NCBI GenBank assembly: GCA_002269645.1
Contig: NIVC01001300.1
Location: forward strand, 62,001-126,000
Length of the DNA stretch: 64,000 bases
Direction: 5' to 3'
From: Macrostomum lignano
Taxonomy: Eukaryota
Each line of letters opens with the position of its first letter. Within the stretch, counting starts at the first letter, position 1. Positions 47,201-61,059 of this stretch are shown one piece after another. The position numbers were made by a program, and so were the translations under genes. The notes beneath the pieces are model-generated. The model worked only from the letters and a program-made list of their open reading frames with translations, searched no databases and was not told where the DNA came from.

Positions 47201-48845
47201 CTTAATTGAATCTCAACTGAATCTTAACTGAATCTCAACTGAATCTGAACTGAATCTCAACTGAATCTCAACTGAATCTCAACTGAATTTTAACTGAATC
47301 TCGACTGAATCTGAACTGAATCTGAACTGAATCTCAACTGAATCTGAACTGAATCTGAACTGAATCTCAGCTGAATCTGAACTGAATCTCAACTGAATTT
47401 TAACGTATCTCAATTGTTTAAATTGAGTCAATTTTCAAACGAGTCAAAAGACAGTAGCAACTCATTACTAATGGAAACTGATGATCCAAGGTGACACCTC
47501 TCCAGCTCAGAGAAGTCACTCAACAAGCAGCCAATTTGCATAATCGGTCAAGAGATTCACAGACAGGTAGAACAGCTGCATGTAAACAGGCTCAGTGCTT
47601 GAATTCAAATCAACTCGAATTTTGCTATCGGTGACGCAGTCCGCAAACTGACTGAGAGATCGTATTGGGTTCCCGGCATTGAGCTGCTTATTCTAATCAG
47701 TTCGCAGGTGAAAAACGCATGAACTATATGGTATCGACTTTCAAAATAGTTCCAATTTAGTTGAGCCACGGCTTGCATACTTTGGCTTGAGATTCAGTTG
47801 AGATTCAGTTGAGATTCAGCTGAGATTCAGTTTGGAATTCAGTTGAGATTCAGTTGAGATTCAGTTTGAGATTCAGTTGAGATTCAGTTTGGAATTCAGT
47901 TGAGATTCAGTTGAGATTCAGTTTGAGATTCAGTTGAGATTCAGTTTGGAATTCAGTTGAGATTCAGTTGAGATTCAGTTTGAGATTCAGTTGAGATTCA
48001 GTTGAGATTCAGTGGAGATTCGGTTGAGATTCAGTTGGGATTCAGTTGAGATTCAGCTGAGATTCAGTTTAGATTCAGTCGAGATTCAGTTGAGATTCAG
48101 TTGAGATTCAGTGGAGATTCGGTTGAGATTCAGTTGGGATTCAGTTGAGATTCAGCTGAGATTCAGTTTGGAATTCAGTCGAGATTCAGTTGAGATTCAG
48201 TTGAGATTCAGTCGAGATTTGGTTGAGATTCAGTTGAGATTCAGTTGAGATTCAGTTGAGATTCAGTTCAGATTTAGCTATGACAAAAATTAATTTGTGC
48301 CTTAAACTCACACTACTGACAGTAGCTGCATAAAAGTGCGTCATATTTCCAGGTTCGCCGGCAGAGATATTCTATTTCGGCAGTCACTACAATGTGACAG
48401 CTGTTGGCATCTCTTTGGCCTGCATTGTCAGCGCTACCACATTTGTGCCCTTGTTCTACGAGCTGGAAATTACCAGCATATATGAGGTACTTGGGATTCT
48501 ATTTGAATTTATTTATTGCCTAATTTAATACTCCAATAAAAGTTGGTTCATATTGGGAAGAAATCGCATTTTAACTTCTGATGAGATTGAAATGAGATTC
48601 TCACGAGATTCTGATGAGATTGAATTGAGATTCTGATGAGATTGAATTGAAATTCTAATGAGATTGAATTGAGATTCTGATGAGATTGAATTGAGATTCT
48701 AATGAGATTGAATTGAGATTCTGCTGAGATTGAACTGAGATTTTGATTAGATTAAAATGAGATTCTGATGAGATTGATTTGAGATTCTGATGAGATTGAA
48801 CTGAGATTCTAATGATATCTCAATCAATCACTCAATCAATCAATT

Positions 48846-48884
<39 letters not shown>

Positions 48885-48885
48885 T

Positions 48886-48944
<59 letters not shown>

Positions 48945-51900
48945 TTATCAATTAATCAATCAATCAATCAATCAATCAAACTATCAATCAATTAATCAAT
49001 CATACTATCAATCAATTAATCAATCATACTATCAATCCATCACTCAAAAATTATAAATTAATTAATTAATCAATCAGTCAATCACAAAAATTTAAATAAT
49101 ATTGTAATGTGATTCAATTGAGATCCTAATTATAATCTAAAATAAATAATAACTATTATTTTATTGCTAATTTTAGTACCTGGAACTAAGGTATAAAAAT
49201 CGCTTCATAAGATACTGGACCACTATTTTGTACGTTTTCACAAGTGTAAGTAAATAACTTACAGATAGCATTCTGTTCTTCTTTGCTAATTCAATTTAAC
49301 AAATATTTTGTCACTTTAGCAATGAAGCTATTAAAATTTACAGACTCTGTACTTGGCTGTAGCTCAACTCGCTCCAGCCATCGCTTTGGATGCAGGTGAG
49401 ACTGCCTGTGTGTGCTCAGGATGCTCAAAGTTTTCCTACAATTATTGCTTATTATAAATATAATTACTAAGTTGCGTAATATTAATTTTCAACAATATTT
49501 CCCAGTGCTTGGCATTCCCGAATGGATAGGCATAATCATCATTGGCTGCGTGTCCGTGGTCTACACGGCTTTGGTAAATCACATTAATAATTGTTCTCAA
49601 TGCTACGTCATATTCGATAATAATCTAGATTATAACATTTAAGGCTGAGAAATTCGAAATTTTACAGGGTGGAATAAAAGCCGTGATCTGGTCGGATGTT
49701 TTTCAATCGGCGTTCATCCTGATTGGCCTGGTGGCATTGATTCTCAAGGTAAAAAGAGAAGATTTGTTTATACTGCACTGGTCTTGAGCATTGTGGTAAA
49801 CTTATCTATTCCTTTCTAAATAGGCTCCAGGCAATTTCTTAGCAAGGAATTTGATAAAAGTTCATAGAGTTTACTCGAAAATACTCGTACGAAAGAAATA
49901 CAAAGATAAACCAACTGCACAGGGGATTCCCCGTACCCAGGTGAATTCCAATATCAAGGGGAATCCCCATACCCAGGTGAATCCCAATATCTAGGGGAAT
50001 CCCAATACCCAGGGGAATCTCAAGAGAATCTAACTACTCAGAGAAATTCATAGAGAATCTATAATTACCCAGACGAATCCCAAGGAATTTTCACTAAAAT
50101 GAGAATCCCAAAAGAATTCCACTTCAAAGGGGAATCTCAAGAGAATCCCATTACAAAAAAGAATCCCAAGAGAATCCCAATGCAAAAGAGAATCCCAAGA
50201 GAATCCCACTACAAAGGAGAATCCCAAAAGAATCCCACTTCAAAAGGGGAATTGCAGGAGAATCAAACTACAAAAGAGGAATCCCGAGAGAATCCCACTG
50301 CAAAAGGGAATCCCAAGAGAATCCCACTACAAAGGAGAATCCCAAAAAAATCCCACTTCAAAGGGGCAATTGCAAGAGAATCCAACTACAAAAGGGGAAT
50401 CCCGAGAGAATCCCACTGCAAAGGGGAATCCCAAGAGAATACCACTACAAAGGGGGATCTCTATATAATCCAACTACAAAGGGAATCCCAAGAGAATCCC
50501 ACTACAAAAGGGGAATCCCGAGAGAATCCCAATGCAAAAGAGAATCCCAAGAGAATCCCAATGCAAAAGAGAATCCCAAGAGAATCCCACTACAAAAGGG
50601 GAATCCCGAGAGAATCCCAATGCAAAAGAGAATCCCAAGAGAATCCCAATGCAAAAGAGAATCCCAAGAGAATCCCAATGCAAAAGAGAATCCCAAGAGA
50701 ATCCCAATGCAAAAGAGAATCCCAAGAGAATCCCAATGCAAAAGAGAATCCCAATGCAAAAGAGAATCCCAAGAGAATCCCACTACAAAGGAGAATCCCA
50801 AAAAAATCCCACTTCAAAGGGGCAATTGCAAGAGAATCCAACTACAAAAGGGGCATCCCGAGAGAATCCCACTGCAAAGGGGAATCCCAAGAGAATACCA
50901 CTACAAAGGGCAATCCCAAGAGAATCCCACTAAAAATGGGAATACCAGGCGAATTCCCCTTCAAAAAACCTCATTCAAGGCCGGTTTAGACTCCGGGGGT
51001 CTATCGGCGGTGCTGTCCACCAACTCGGATTGGGATCGATTTGACAGCCTGAACTGGAGTCCGGATCCGCGCACTCGACTGACAGTCTGGTCGGGCACAA
51101 TCGGGGTCATGTTCGGCTGGATTCCCTGGTACGGACCCAACCAGGCCGCTTTTCAACGGTTCGCTTCGTTGCCGAGTCTGACCAAGGCGAAATGGTATAT
51201 TTTATTACTGAATATTACTATAATAATTATAACAATGATAATAATTCCTAATTTTAGGAATTGCTTACACCTGTCCTAATAAGCAGATGTGCAACCGACA
51301 GCTCAACCTGCAGCTATTCCCTCTATCCTTCTATCTCTCTCTGTCCCTCTCTATCCCTCTCTGTCCCTCTCTATCCCTCTCTGTCGCTCTCTGTCCCTCT
51401 CTATCCCTCTCTGTCCCTCTCTATCCCTCTCTGTCGCTCTCTGTCCCTCTGTCCCTCTCTGTTCCCTCTCTATCCCGCTCTGTCCCTCTCTATCCCTCTC
51501 TGTCCCTCTCTGTCCCTCTCTGTCCCTCTCTATCCCTCTCTGTCCCTCTCTATCCCTCTCTGTCCCTCTCTATCCCTCTCTGTCCCTCTCTATCCCTCTC
51601 TATCCCTCTCTATCCCTCTCTGTCCCTCTCTGTCCCTCTCTATCCCTCTCTGTCCCTCTCTGTCCCTCTCTATCCCTCTCTATCCCTCTCTATCCCTCTC
51701 TGTCCCTCTCTGTCCCTCTCTATCCCTCTCTATCCCTCTCTATCCCTCGCTGACCCTCTTTGTCCCTCTCTGTCCCTCTCTGTCCCTCTCTGTCCCTCTC
51801 TGTCCCTCTCTGTCCCTCTCTATCCCTCTCTGTCCCTCTCTGTCCCTTTCTGTCCCTCTCTGTCCCTCTCTATCCTTCTCTATCCCTCTCTGTCCCTCTC

Positions 51901-54900
51901 TGTCCCTCTCTGTCCCTCTCTATCCCTCTCTGTCCCTCTCTGTCCCTCTCTGTCCCTTTCTGTCCCTCTCTGTCCCTCTCTATCCCTCTCTATCCCTCTC
52001 TGTCCCTCTCTGTCCCTCTCTGTCCCTCTCTATCCCTCTCTATCCCTCTCTATCCCTCTCTGTCCCTCTCTATCCCTCTCTATCCCTCTCTATCCCTCGC
52101 TGACCCTCTCTGTCCCTCTCTGTCCCTCTCTATCCCTCTCTGTCCCTCTCTGTCCCTCTCTATCCCTCTCTGTCCCTCTCTGTCCCTCTCTGTCCCTCTC
52201 TGTCCCTTTCTGTCCCTCTCTGTCCCTCTCTATCCCTCTCTATCCCTCTCTGTCCCTCTCTGTCCCTCTTTATCCCTCTTTATCCCTCTCTGTCCCTCTC
52301 TGTCCCTCTCTATCCCTCTCTGTCCCTCTATCCCACTCTATCCCTCTGTCCCTCTCTGCCTCTATTGTCTCCCTCTCTCTCCGTCTCCCTCGGTCCCTCT
52401 AATCCCTCTACGTTCATCTATCTTTGTCATTTTTCCTCTTCCCCAGCTCCTCTCCCACTTTCCTCACTCCTTCCTTCTCTTTCTTTTCCTTCCTATCTTT
52501 ACATCTCAATCTTTCTCTCTGTCGCTAAAAAACAAATTTTGCAAAAAAGTTGCACTTTCCAATTAAAAGCACAAATCCCAAAAGTTGTTCAACTCTCCAT
52601 AAGGTCGATTCTGCTCAATGTGCCGGGTGTCGCCCTGCTTTTCATCCTGTTGGCATTCGCTGGTTACACTCTCTTCTCGTTTTATACAATTCGCGGCTGC
52701 GACCCCTACTCTGATGGACTTATCAAATCTGTCAATCAGGTTCGTTTGATTGATTGGTAATTTTTGTTATTAGTGTCTACACAGAGTCTAATGGAGGTGT
52801 TTAGACAGGAATCTAATGAAGGTGTTTTCACAGGAGTCTAATGGAGGTGTTTAGACAGGAATCTAATGAAGGTGTTTTCACAGGAATCTAATGGAGGTGT
52901 TTACACAGGAATCTAATGGAGGTGTTTACACAGGAATCTAATGGAGGTGTTTACACAGGAATCTAATGGAGGTGTTTACACAGGAATCTAATGGAGGTGT
53001 TTACACAGGAATCTAATGGAGGTGTTTACACAGGGATCTAATGGAGGTGTTTACACCAAGGTCTAATGTAGGTGTTTACATAGTCTATGGAGATATTTAC
53101 ACAGAGTCTAATGAAGGTGTTTACACATATGCTAATGGAAGTGTTTACACATATGCTAATGGAGGTGTTTACATAGAGTCTAATGAAGGGTGTTTACACA
53201 AAGTCTAATGAAGGGTGTTTACACAGAGGCTAATGGAGGTGTTTACACAGATGCTAATGGAGGTGTTTACACAGATGCTAATGGAGGTGTTTACACAGAT
53301 GCTAATGGAGGTGTTTACATAGAGTCTAATGGAGGTGTTTACATAGATACTAATGGAAGTGTTGACACAGTTTAATCGAGGTGTTTACACAGAGTCTAAT
53401 GGTAGTGCTTACATAGTCCAATAAAGGTGTTGTAAAATTTCAAAATTGAAAACACTTTCAACTCGCTCCCATAATACTCCCAGCTGCTTCCATACTACGT
53501 GAGACACGAGATGGACATTCCAGCTCTGCCCGGGATTATCGTGGCCTGCATTCTCAGTGGAGCTTTCAGGTGAAAGTCCTAGTATATAGGATAATATACG
53601 GATATTACCTATTATGAATTCTATTTGATGCATCATCTCCGAAATGCATTTAACACTAAACTATAACAAAAACCTCCACAGTACCACCAGCACCGTACTC
53701 AACTCGCAAGCAGCCGTGACCGTGATCGACTTTCTACAGCCATGCAGACAGTTGACCGACAGACAGGCCACCTTGGCCACGAAATGGCTCGGTAAATTAA
53801 TATTTTCAACTTTACTTGTATAATGAGATTGAATGAAAAATTTCTACTGCCATGTTAGATTTTCTAGCTAGCACAATCACATCTGTTTGAAAGGTCAAGA
53901 GTTTGTCCCCACAATGTCCCTCCACAACGCCCTCCTCAGTGACCAACAGTGCCCGCTGACCAAACAGTTCCTCTGTCAACGACTGAACAGTGTCCCCCAC
54001 AGTGACCCAGCATGAGTCTAATTGAGTCCCTATCAGTGACCCAACAGTGTGTCCCTATCAGTGACCCAACAGTGTCCCTATCAGTGACCCAGCAGTGTCC
54101 TTATCAGTGACCCAACAGTGGCCCTATCAGTGACCCAACAGTGTCTCTATCAGTGACTCAACAGTGTCCCTATCAGTGACCTAACAATGTCCTTATCAGT
54201 GACCCAGCAGTGTCTCTATCAGTGACCCAACAGTGTCCCTATCAGTGACCCAACAGTGTCTCTATCAGTGACCCAATAGTGTCCCTATCAGTGACCCAAC
54301 AGTGGCCCTATGACCCAACAGTGTCCCTATCAGTGACCCAACAATGTCTCTATCAGTGACCCAGCAGTGTCCCTATCGGTGACCCAACAGGGCCCTCATC
54401 AGTGACCCTACAGGACCACTATCAGTGACCTAACACTCACAGTGTCCCTATCAGTGACCCCAGTGTCCCCTCTCAGTTACCCAACAATGTCATCTCTCAG
54501 GTACCCAACAGTGAATCAACCGTGCCCAAATATGTCTTATAATCTTCGTTGCATAGAAGTTCCGTTTGCTTTCGCTATTCAACACGAACGCACATGAACA
54601 CCTGTCCACTCGTGTACATGTATCTGTACGGCCACACAACCCATTCAACAGTGGTTGTCTATGGCCTTCTCGGCAGCATCCTGGCGTTCGCATCCTCCCA
54701 GCTGACCGGAATTTCCCTGAAACAAATATCCGGGTCGCTGCTGAACGCGACAACCGGTGCTACATTGGGAATCTACCTTCTGGCAACCTGCGTCCCGAAA
54801 AGCACCTGGCAAAGTGCTTTCATTGGCTCGCTGGTATCTCTGGCTCTGGTTGGCTGGCTCTGCCTTGGAGCATTCATTAGTCCTGGTGTTGCCAAGGCGA

Positions 54901-55885
54901 TTATGCTGCCCCTGGCAACAAGAAACTGCAGTCGGAATGAAGAGTCAGCTGTTTTGCAAAGTACCACATTGACTGCTGATTGGATGACATCGTCTGCGGT
55001 ACTGGACAATGCGTCCGGATCCAGCCTGCTGGACGAGTATTTCTACAGCATTTCCTTCCAGTGGTACGGCCTGATTGGGGCGGCCTCCTGCCTGCTGGTG
55101 GGCCTTCTGCTCAGCCTACCGACTCTGCTCAACCCGGATGCCGAGGCCGCAGAGGAGAAGTACATTCTGCCCGTGATGAGACGCTTTGTGGTGAGAATTG
55201 AATTGAATGTTTCTAATGAAAGTACACAGTGTACTCTTGAAAGTCTAGTGTCATCTACAGGTTACATACAGATACATGTAGATTAGATCTTAATCGATTA
55301 GATATCCATGAATAAGATATTCATCTCTATGGATTAGATATCGATGGATTAGATATCCATTGGATTAGATATCGATATATTAGATATCGATGGATTAGAT
55401 CCCTATGGATTAGATATCGATAGATTAAATATTGATGGATTAGATATCAATGGATTAGATATCGATGAATTAGATCTCTATGGATTAGATATCGATGGAT
55501 TAGATCTCTATGGCTTAGATATCGATGGATTAGTTAGATATCGATTGGATTAGATATTCATTAGATGAGATATCCATTTGATTAGATATAGGACGAATTC
55601 GAAGGATTAAAATCCACGAAGGATTAAAACCCAACAGCTAGAGGAATTAAAGGATTAAAGATGAATTTAAATTCAACATACTGATCATGAACAATAATTT
55701 TAGTTCTACATAATTGTGAACTATGCACACTAAAGCGCCCCAACCTGCACGCACCTGCACGCAATTCTTAGAAATGCCAAATCAACGTCGAGCTTTCCGA
55801 GAAACCCGCGGACAAATCCGCCATGAGCGACAGCGGTCCGCCCGTATGGGGCAGCTACACAACTCAACAGTCCACTTATCTCTGA
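44222..55885 (+). CDS. SLC5 sodium:solute symporter, SLC5A8/SLC5A12/SLC5A6-like, intact; exons 44222-44411, 48353-48486, 49177-49245, 49344-49395, 49506-49573, 49668-49748, 50980-51194, 52604-52739, 53484-53569, 53682-53791, 54652-55190, 55772-55885
   Basis: Family motifs EYLLGNRNL, SAISLLGSPAE, YEYLELRY, GGIKAVIWSDVFQ, PDPRTRLTVW, NQAAFQR, QLLPYYV and SGAFSTTSTVLNS are present. All junctions are GT-AG, phases join and there are no internal stops. Confidence 0.93.
44470..48285. mobile_element. Foldback-like element, long version: ~2.9 kb (CTGAATCTCAA)n, ~385-bp core, ~0.5 kb (TTGAGATTCAG)n
   Basis: Inverted 11-bp arrays at 44470-47400 and 47786-48285; outer ends are TGTCAGCTGAATC and GATTTAGCTATGACA. 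Confidence 0.6.
48555..49080. repeat. 11-bp TGAGATTGAAT/TGAGATTCTGA array followed by (CAAT)n
   Basis: Directly visible in SLC5 copy 2 intron 2. Confidence 0.9.
49920..50960. repeat. AAGAGAATCCC-based minisatellite
   Basis: Directly visible; homologous to 19080-20005. Confidence 0.93.
51325..52375. repeat. 10-bp minisatellite T(G/A)TCCCTCTC (~100 copies)
   Basis: Exact 10-bp period. Confidence 0.98.
52785..53405. repeat. 25-bp minisatellite GTGTTTACACAGGAATCTAATGGAG
   Basis: Direct periodicity in SLC5 intron 8. Confidence 0.94.
53935..54500. repeat. 23-bp minisatellite CAGTGACCCAACAGTGTCCCTAT
   Basis: Direct periodicity in SLC5 intron 10. Confidence 0.94.
55290..55590. repeat. 15-bp minisatellite TGGATTAGATATCGA
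   Basis: Direct periodicity in SLC5 intron 11. Confidence 0.9.
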
Positions 55886-56029
55886 CTCGTGACTGGATAA
55901 AATTAGTGACAGAAAACTTTGTAATAGCTTAAACATCTCGTATGAAAATCATTAGAAAATGTTTTTTAACACTGATTTATAACGTGGCTCTTTTGAACTA
56001 TTTTTAAGGTCTCTAACAAGGTGTCAGCA

Positions 56030-56178
56030 ATCTATCTATCTACCATCTATCTATCTATCTATCTATCTACCATCTATCTATCTATCTATCTATCTACCAT
56101 CTATCTATCTATCTATCTACCATCTATCTATCTATCTATCTATCTACCTATCTATCTATCTATCTATCTATCTATCTG

Positions 56179-56231
<53 letters not shown>

Positions 56232-56232
56232 G

Positions 56233-56278
<46 letters not shown>

Positions 56279-56279
56279 C

Positions 56280-56310
<31 letters not shown>

Positions 56311-56372
56311 CCATCTATCTATCTATCTATCTATCTATCTACCATCTATCTATCTATCTATCTATCTATCTG

Positions 56373-56418
<46 letters not shown>

Positions 56419-56419
56419 A

Positions 56420-56460
<41 letters not shown>

Positions 56461-56466
56461 TCTATG

Positions 56467-56505
<39 letters not shown>

Positions 56506-56506
56506 G

Positions 56507-56546
<40 letters not shown>

Positions 56547-56547
56547 A

Positions 56548-56588
<41 letters not shown>

Positions 56589-56594
56589 TCTATG

Positions 56595-56633
<39 letters not shown>

Positions 56634-56634
56634 G

Positions 56635-56694
<60 letters not shown>

Positions 56695-56727
56695 AGTCTG
56701 TCTGTCTGTCTGTCTGTCTATCTGTCC

Positions 56728-56802
<75 letters not shown>

Positions 56803-56835
56803 AGTCTGTCTGTCTGTCTGTCTGTCTATCTGTCC

Positions 56836-56903
<68 letters not shown>

Positions 56904-56919
56904 GTCTGTCTGTCTATCA

Positions 56920-56980
<61 letters not shown>

Positions 56981-56981
56981 C

Positions 56982-57046
<65 letters not shown>

Positions 57047-57047
57047 A

Positions 57048-57099
<52 letters not shown>

Positions 57100-57140
57100 G
57101 TCTGTCTATCAATCTATCTATCTATCTGTCTATCTATCTG

Positions 57141-57202
<62 letters not shown>

Positions 57203-57203
57203 A

Positions 57204-57291
<88 letters not shown>

Positions 57292-57303
57292 GTCTGTCTA
57301 TCA

Positions 57304-57348
<45 letters not shown>

Positions 57349-57365
57349 CCTATCTATCTATCTAC

Positions 57366-57426
<61 letters not shown>

Positions 57427-57427
57427 A

Positions 57428-57468
<41 letters not shown>

Positions 57469-57508
57469 TCAGTCTGTCTGTCTGTCTATCTGTCCATCTA
57501 TCTATCCT
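56030..57508. repeat. (CTAT)n/(CTGT)n microsatellite, 1.5 kb
   Basis: Directly visible. Confidence 0.98.
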
Positions 57509-58004
57509 AGTCCTGTCTAATGTTACTACGAGCGTATGGGATTTAATAATCAAATCATTTGTTCCAAATGAAATGAGAACAATTATTTAATTTTTAGTAA
57601 ATAATAAAAGACACATTTAATCTGCTGATAAAATTATTTGCTACAGGTTATATTCACTTGTAAAATTTCAATTTTTAAGTTCACTAAGTAGACTTAAAAA
57701 TTTTTTAACATTACAATGTTTCGCTGGTTTAAAATTACAATAATTAAAATCTTAGTAGCAAAGGCAAGTAATGCTAATTGTAACACAATAAAATACTTCA
57801 CAATTGATACAGAGCAATAAAAACTTATTCTTATTATTATGTTTTTTTTCTCGAGAATATTGAACATGACACTATGAAAGTCTCCTAAAAGACTTTTAAA
57901 ATCGACATCTCTAGGACCCTCAGCTAAGATAGAAGATAGTCTCACAAAATCTCAACAACCTAGAAAAAATTGAATTACGAGTACAGTATCCTTACTCCAT
58001 AAGG

Positions 58005-58320
58005 AGATAATCTTAGAGAATCTCACCATAGACAAAGATAAATCATCTCATAGAATCTTACCAGAATCTCACCCTAGACAAATATAGATAATCTCACAGA
58101 ATCTCACCAGAATCTCACCATAGATAAAGATAGATAATCTCATAGAATCTCACCAGAATCTCACCCTAGACAAATATAGATAATCTCACAGAATCTCACC
58201 AGAATCTCACCATAAACAAAGATAGATAATCTCACAGAATCCCACCCTAGAAAATAGATAATCTCACAGAATCTTACCCCAGAGAAGGATAATCTCACAG
58301 AATCTCACCCTGAACCCCCA
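58005..58320. repeat. AGAATCTCACC-based repeat just downstream of the FMO stop codon
   Basis: agaatctcacc and atagataatctc recur. Confidence 0.88.
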
Positions 58321-58333
58321 AAACCCATTCAGC

Positions 58334-60264
58334 TCAGATGTGATAGTCAATTAGATTTGAAAACGCCCCAGTCCGTTTCAGCAGCCACAGACTCGCAGCA
58401 ACAGCCGCCGTAGCAACCGCGGCGGTGACCAGCAATGATGAATTCGACAAAAAGCCATCGGAGCCATGCTCCACCTCGCTGCAGAAACCTCCGCTGAGGC
58501 CGCCCCGCATGCCCAAGCGGATCCGATCCATCTGACCGAGAATGGCTGCCCGAGCTCCCGGCCAGGCGCCGGGACCGACCAGCCTAAACTGGTATGGGGT
58601 GCACGGCTCGAATACCACTGCTCCGAACAGGGCAGGGTCGGTGAGCAGCAGACGGAGCAGCGGTGGCCGACAGCCGATCTCTGCGGCCAACTCGTCCATG
58701 TAGGGAATCCAGTCCACCTGGGGGGATTTCAGGTTTTATCTTCTCTAAATAACATCACAATTTCACCTCTTACCTGAGTCCTAATTATCTCTTATCTCTG
58801 AATCCTAATTATTACTTATCTGAATCTTAATTACCTCTTACCTGAATCTTAATTATCTCTTATCTCTGAATCCTAATTATCACTTATCTGAATCTTAATT
58901 ACCTCTTACCTGAATCTTAATTATCTCTTATCTCTGAATCCTAATTATTACTTATCTGAATCTTAATTACATCTTACCTGAGTCTTAATTATCTCTTATC
59001 TCTGAATCCTAATTATCACTTATCTGAATCTTAATTACCTCTTACCTGAGTCTTAATTATCTCTTATCTCTGAATCCTAATTATCTGAATCTTAATTACC
59101 TCTTACCTGAATCTTAATTACCTCTTACCTGAATCTTAATTACCTCTTACCTGAGTCTTAATTATCTCTTATCTCTGAATCCTAATTATCACTTATCTGA
59201 ATCTTAATTATCTCTTACCTGAATCTTAATTATCTCTTACCTGAATCTTAATTACCTCTTACCTGAGTCTTAATTATCTCTTATCTCTGAATCCTAATTA
59301 TCACTTATCTGAATCTTAATTATCTCTTACCTGAATCTTAATTATCTCTTACCTGAATCTTAATTATCACTTACCTGAATCTTAATTATCTCTTACCTGA
59401 ATCTTATTTATATCTTACCTGAACCCTAATTACCTCTTATCTGAATCCTAATTATCTCTTGCCTGAATCCTAATTATCTCTTATCTGAATCTTTATAATC
59501 CTAATTATCGCTTATCTGAATCCCCACCCCTCACCTGAATGGTATGCCTGGCCGATCTGACAAACCGGGCCGCCACGGCTCTCCTCCTTTGCTGAGCATC
59601 CTCAATCATGTCCTGGGCGGGTGGCAACTGGCAGCTTCCCTTAGCAACGCGTGCAGCCCAGCGGCTCTGAGCCTCGGCAATGGGTATGGTGGCACCCAGC
59701 GGTTGCACAAATCCGATGAAAGCCAGCGAGCCGCTGGGCACCGAGGGGTGAAACACGTGCTTATAGAACCGGGTCTCATTGTTGCTGACCGAGAACTGCT
59801 CGCTGTCCAGGAATGGGAAGTCAATGCGGTACCCTGCGGTTGGAGAAATGAAACCAGGATTAATTTAAAACTGAGGTGCAAAATCTATCTAACTAAATAA
59901 CTATCATAATAACTTACTAACTTTCTAACTATCTGACTAGTTAACTAACAAACTAACAAACTAAACAAACAAATAATCAAACTGTCTAACAAACAAACAA
60001 TCTAACTAACTGACTAACTCACTCACTCACTAACTAACTAACTAACTGACTAACTAACTGACTAACTAACTGACTAACTAACTGACTAACTAACTGACTA
60101 ACTAACTGACTAACTAACTGACTAACTAACTGACTAACTAACTGACTAACTAACTAGCTAACTAACTCACTCACTAACTGACTAACTAACTCACTCACTA
60201 ACTGACTGACTAACTAACTAACTAACTGACTGACTAACTAACTAACTAACTAACTAACTGACTG

Positions 60265-60299
<35 letters not shown>

Positions 60300-60304
60300 G
60301 ACTG

Positions 60305-60339
<35 letters not shown>

Positions 60340-60485
60340 GACTAACTAACTATCTAACTAACTAACTAACTAACTAGCTAACTAACTAGCTAACTAACTA
60401 ACTAACTAACTGACTAACTAACTAACTGACTAACTAACTATCTAACTAACTAACTAACTAACTAACTGACTGACTAACTAACTAT

Positions 60486-60538
<53 letters not shown>

Positions 60539-60544
60539 CAACTG

Positions 60545-60576
<32 letters not shown>

Positions 60577-60601
60577 GCTAACTAACTAGCTAACTAACTA
60601 G

Positions 60602-60646
<45 letters not shown>

Positions 60647-60652
60647 CAACTG

Positions 60653-60706
<54 letters not shown>

Positions 60707-60712
60707 CAACTG

Positions 60713-60746
<34 letters not shown>

Positions 60747-60837
60747 CAACTGACTAACTAACTAACTAACTAGCTAACTAACTAGCTAACTAACTAGCTA
60801 ACTAACTAACTAACTAACTAACTGACTAACTAACTAT

Positions 60838-60871
<34 letters not shown>

Positions 60872-60968
60872 GACTGACTAACTAACTATCTAACTAACTA
60901 ACCAACTAACTAACTAACTAACTAACTAACTGACTGACTAACTAACTAACTAACTAACTAACCAACTG

Positions 60969-61000
<32 letters not shown>

Positions 61001-61025
61001 GCTAACTAACTAGCTAACTAACTAG

Positions 61026-61059
<34 letters not shown>

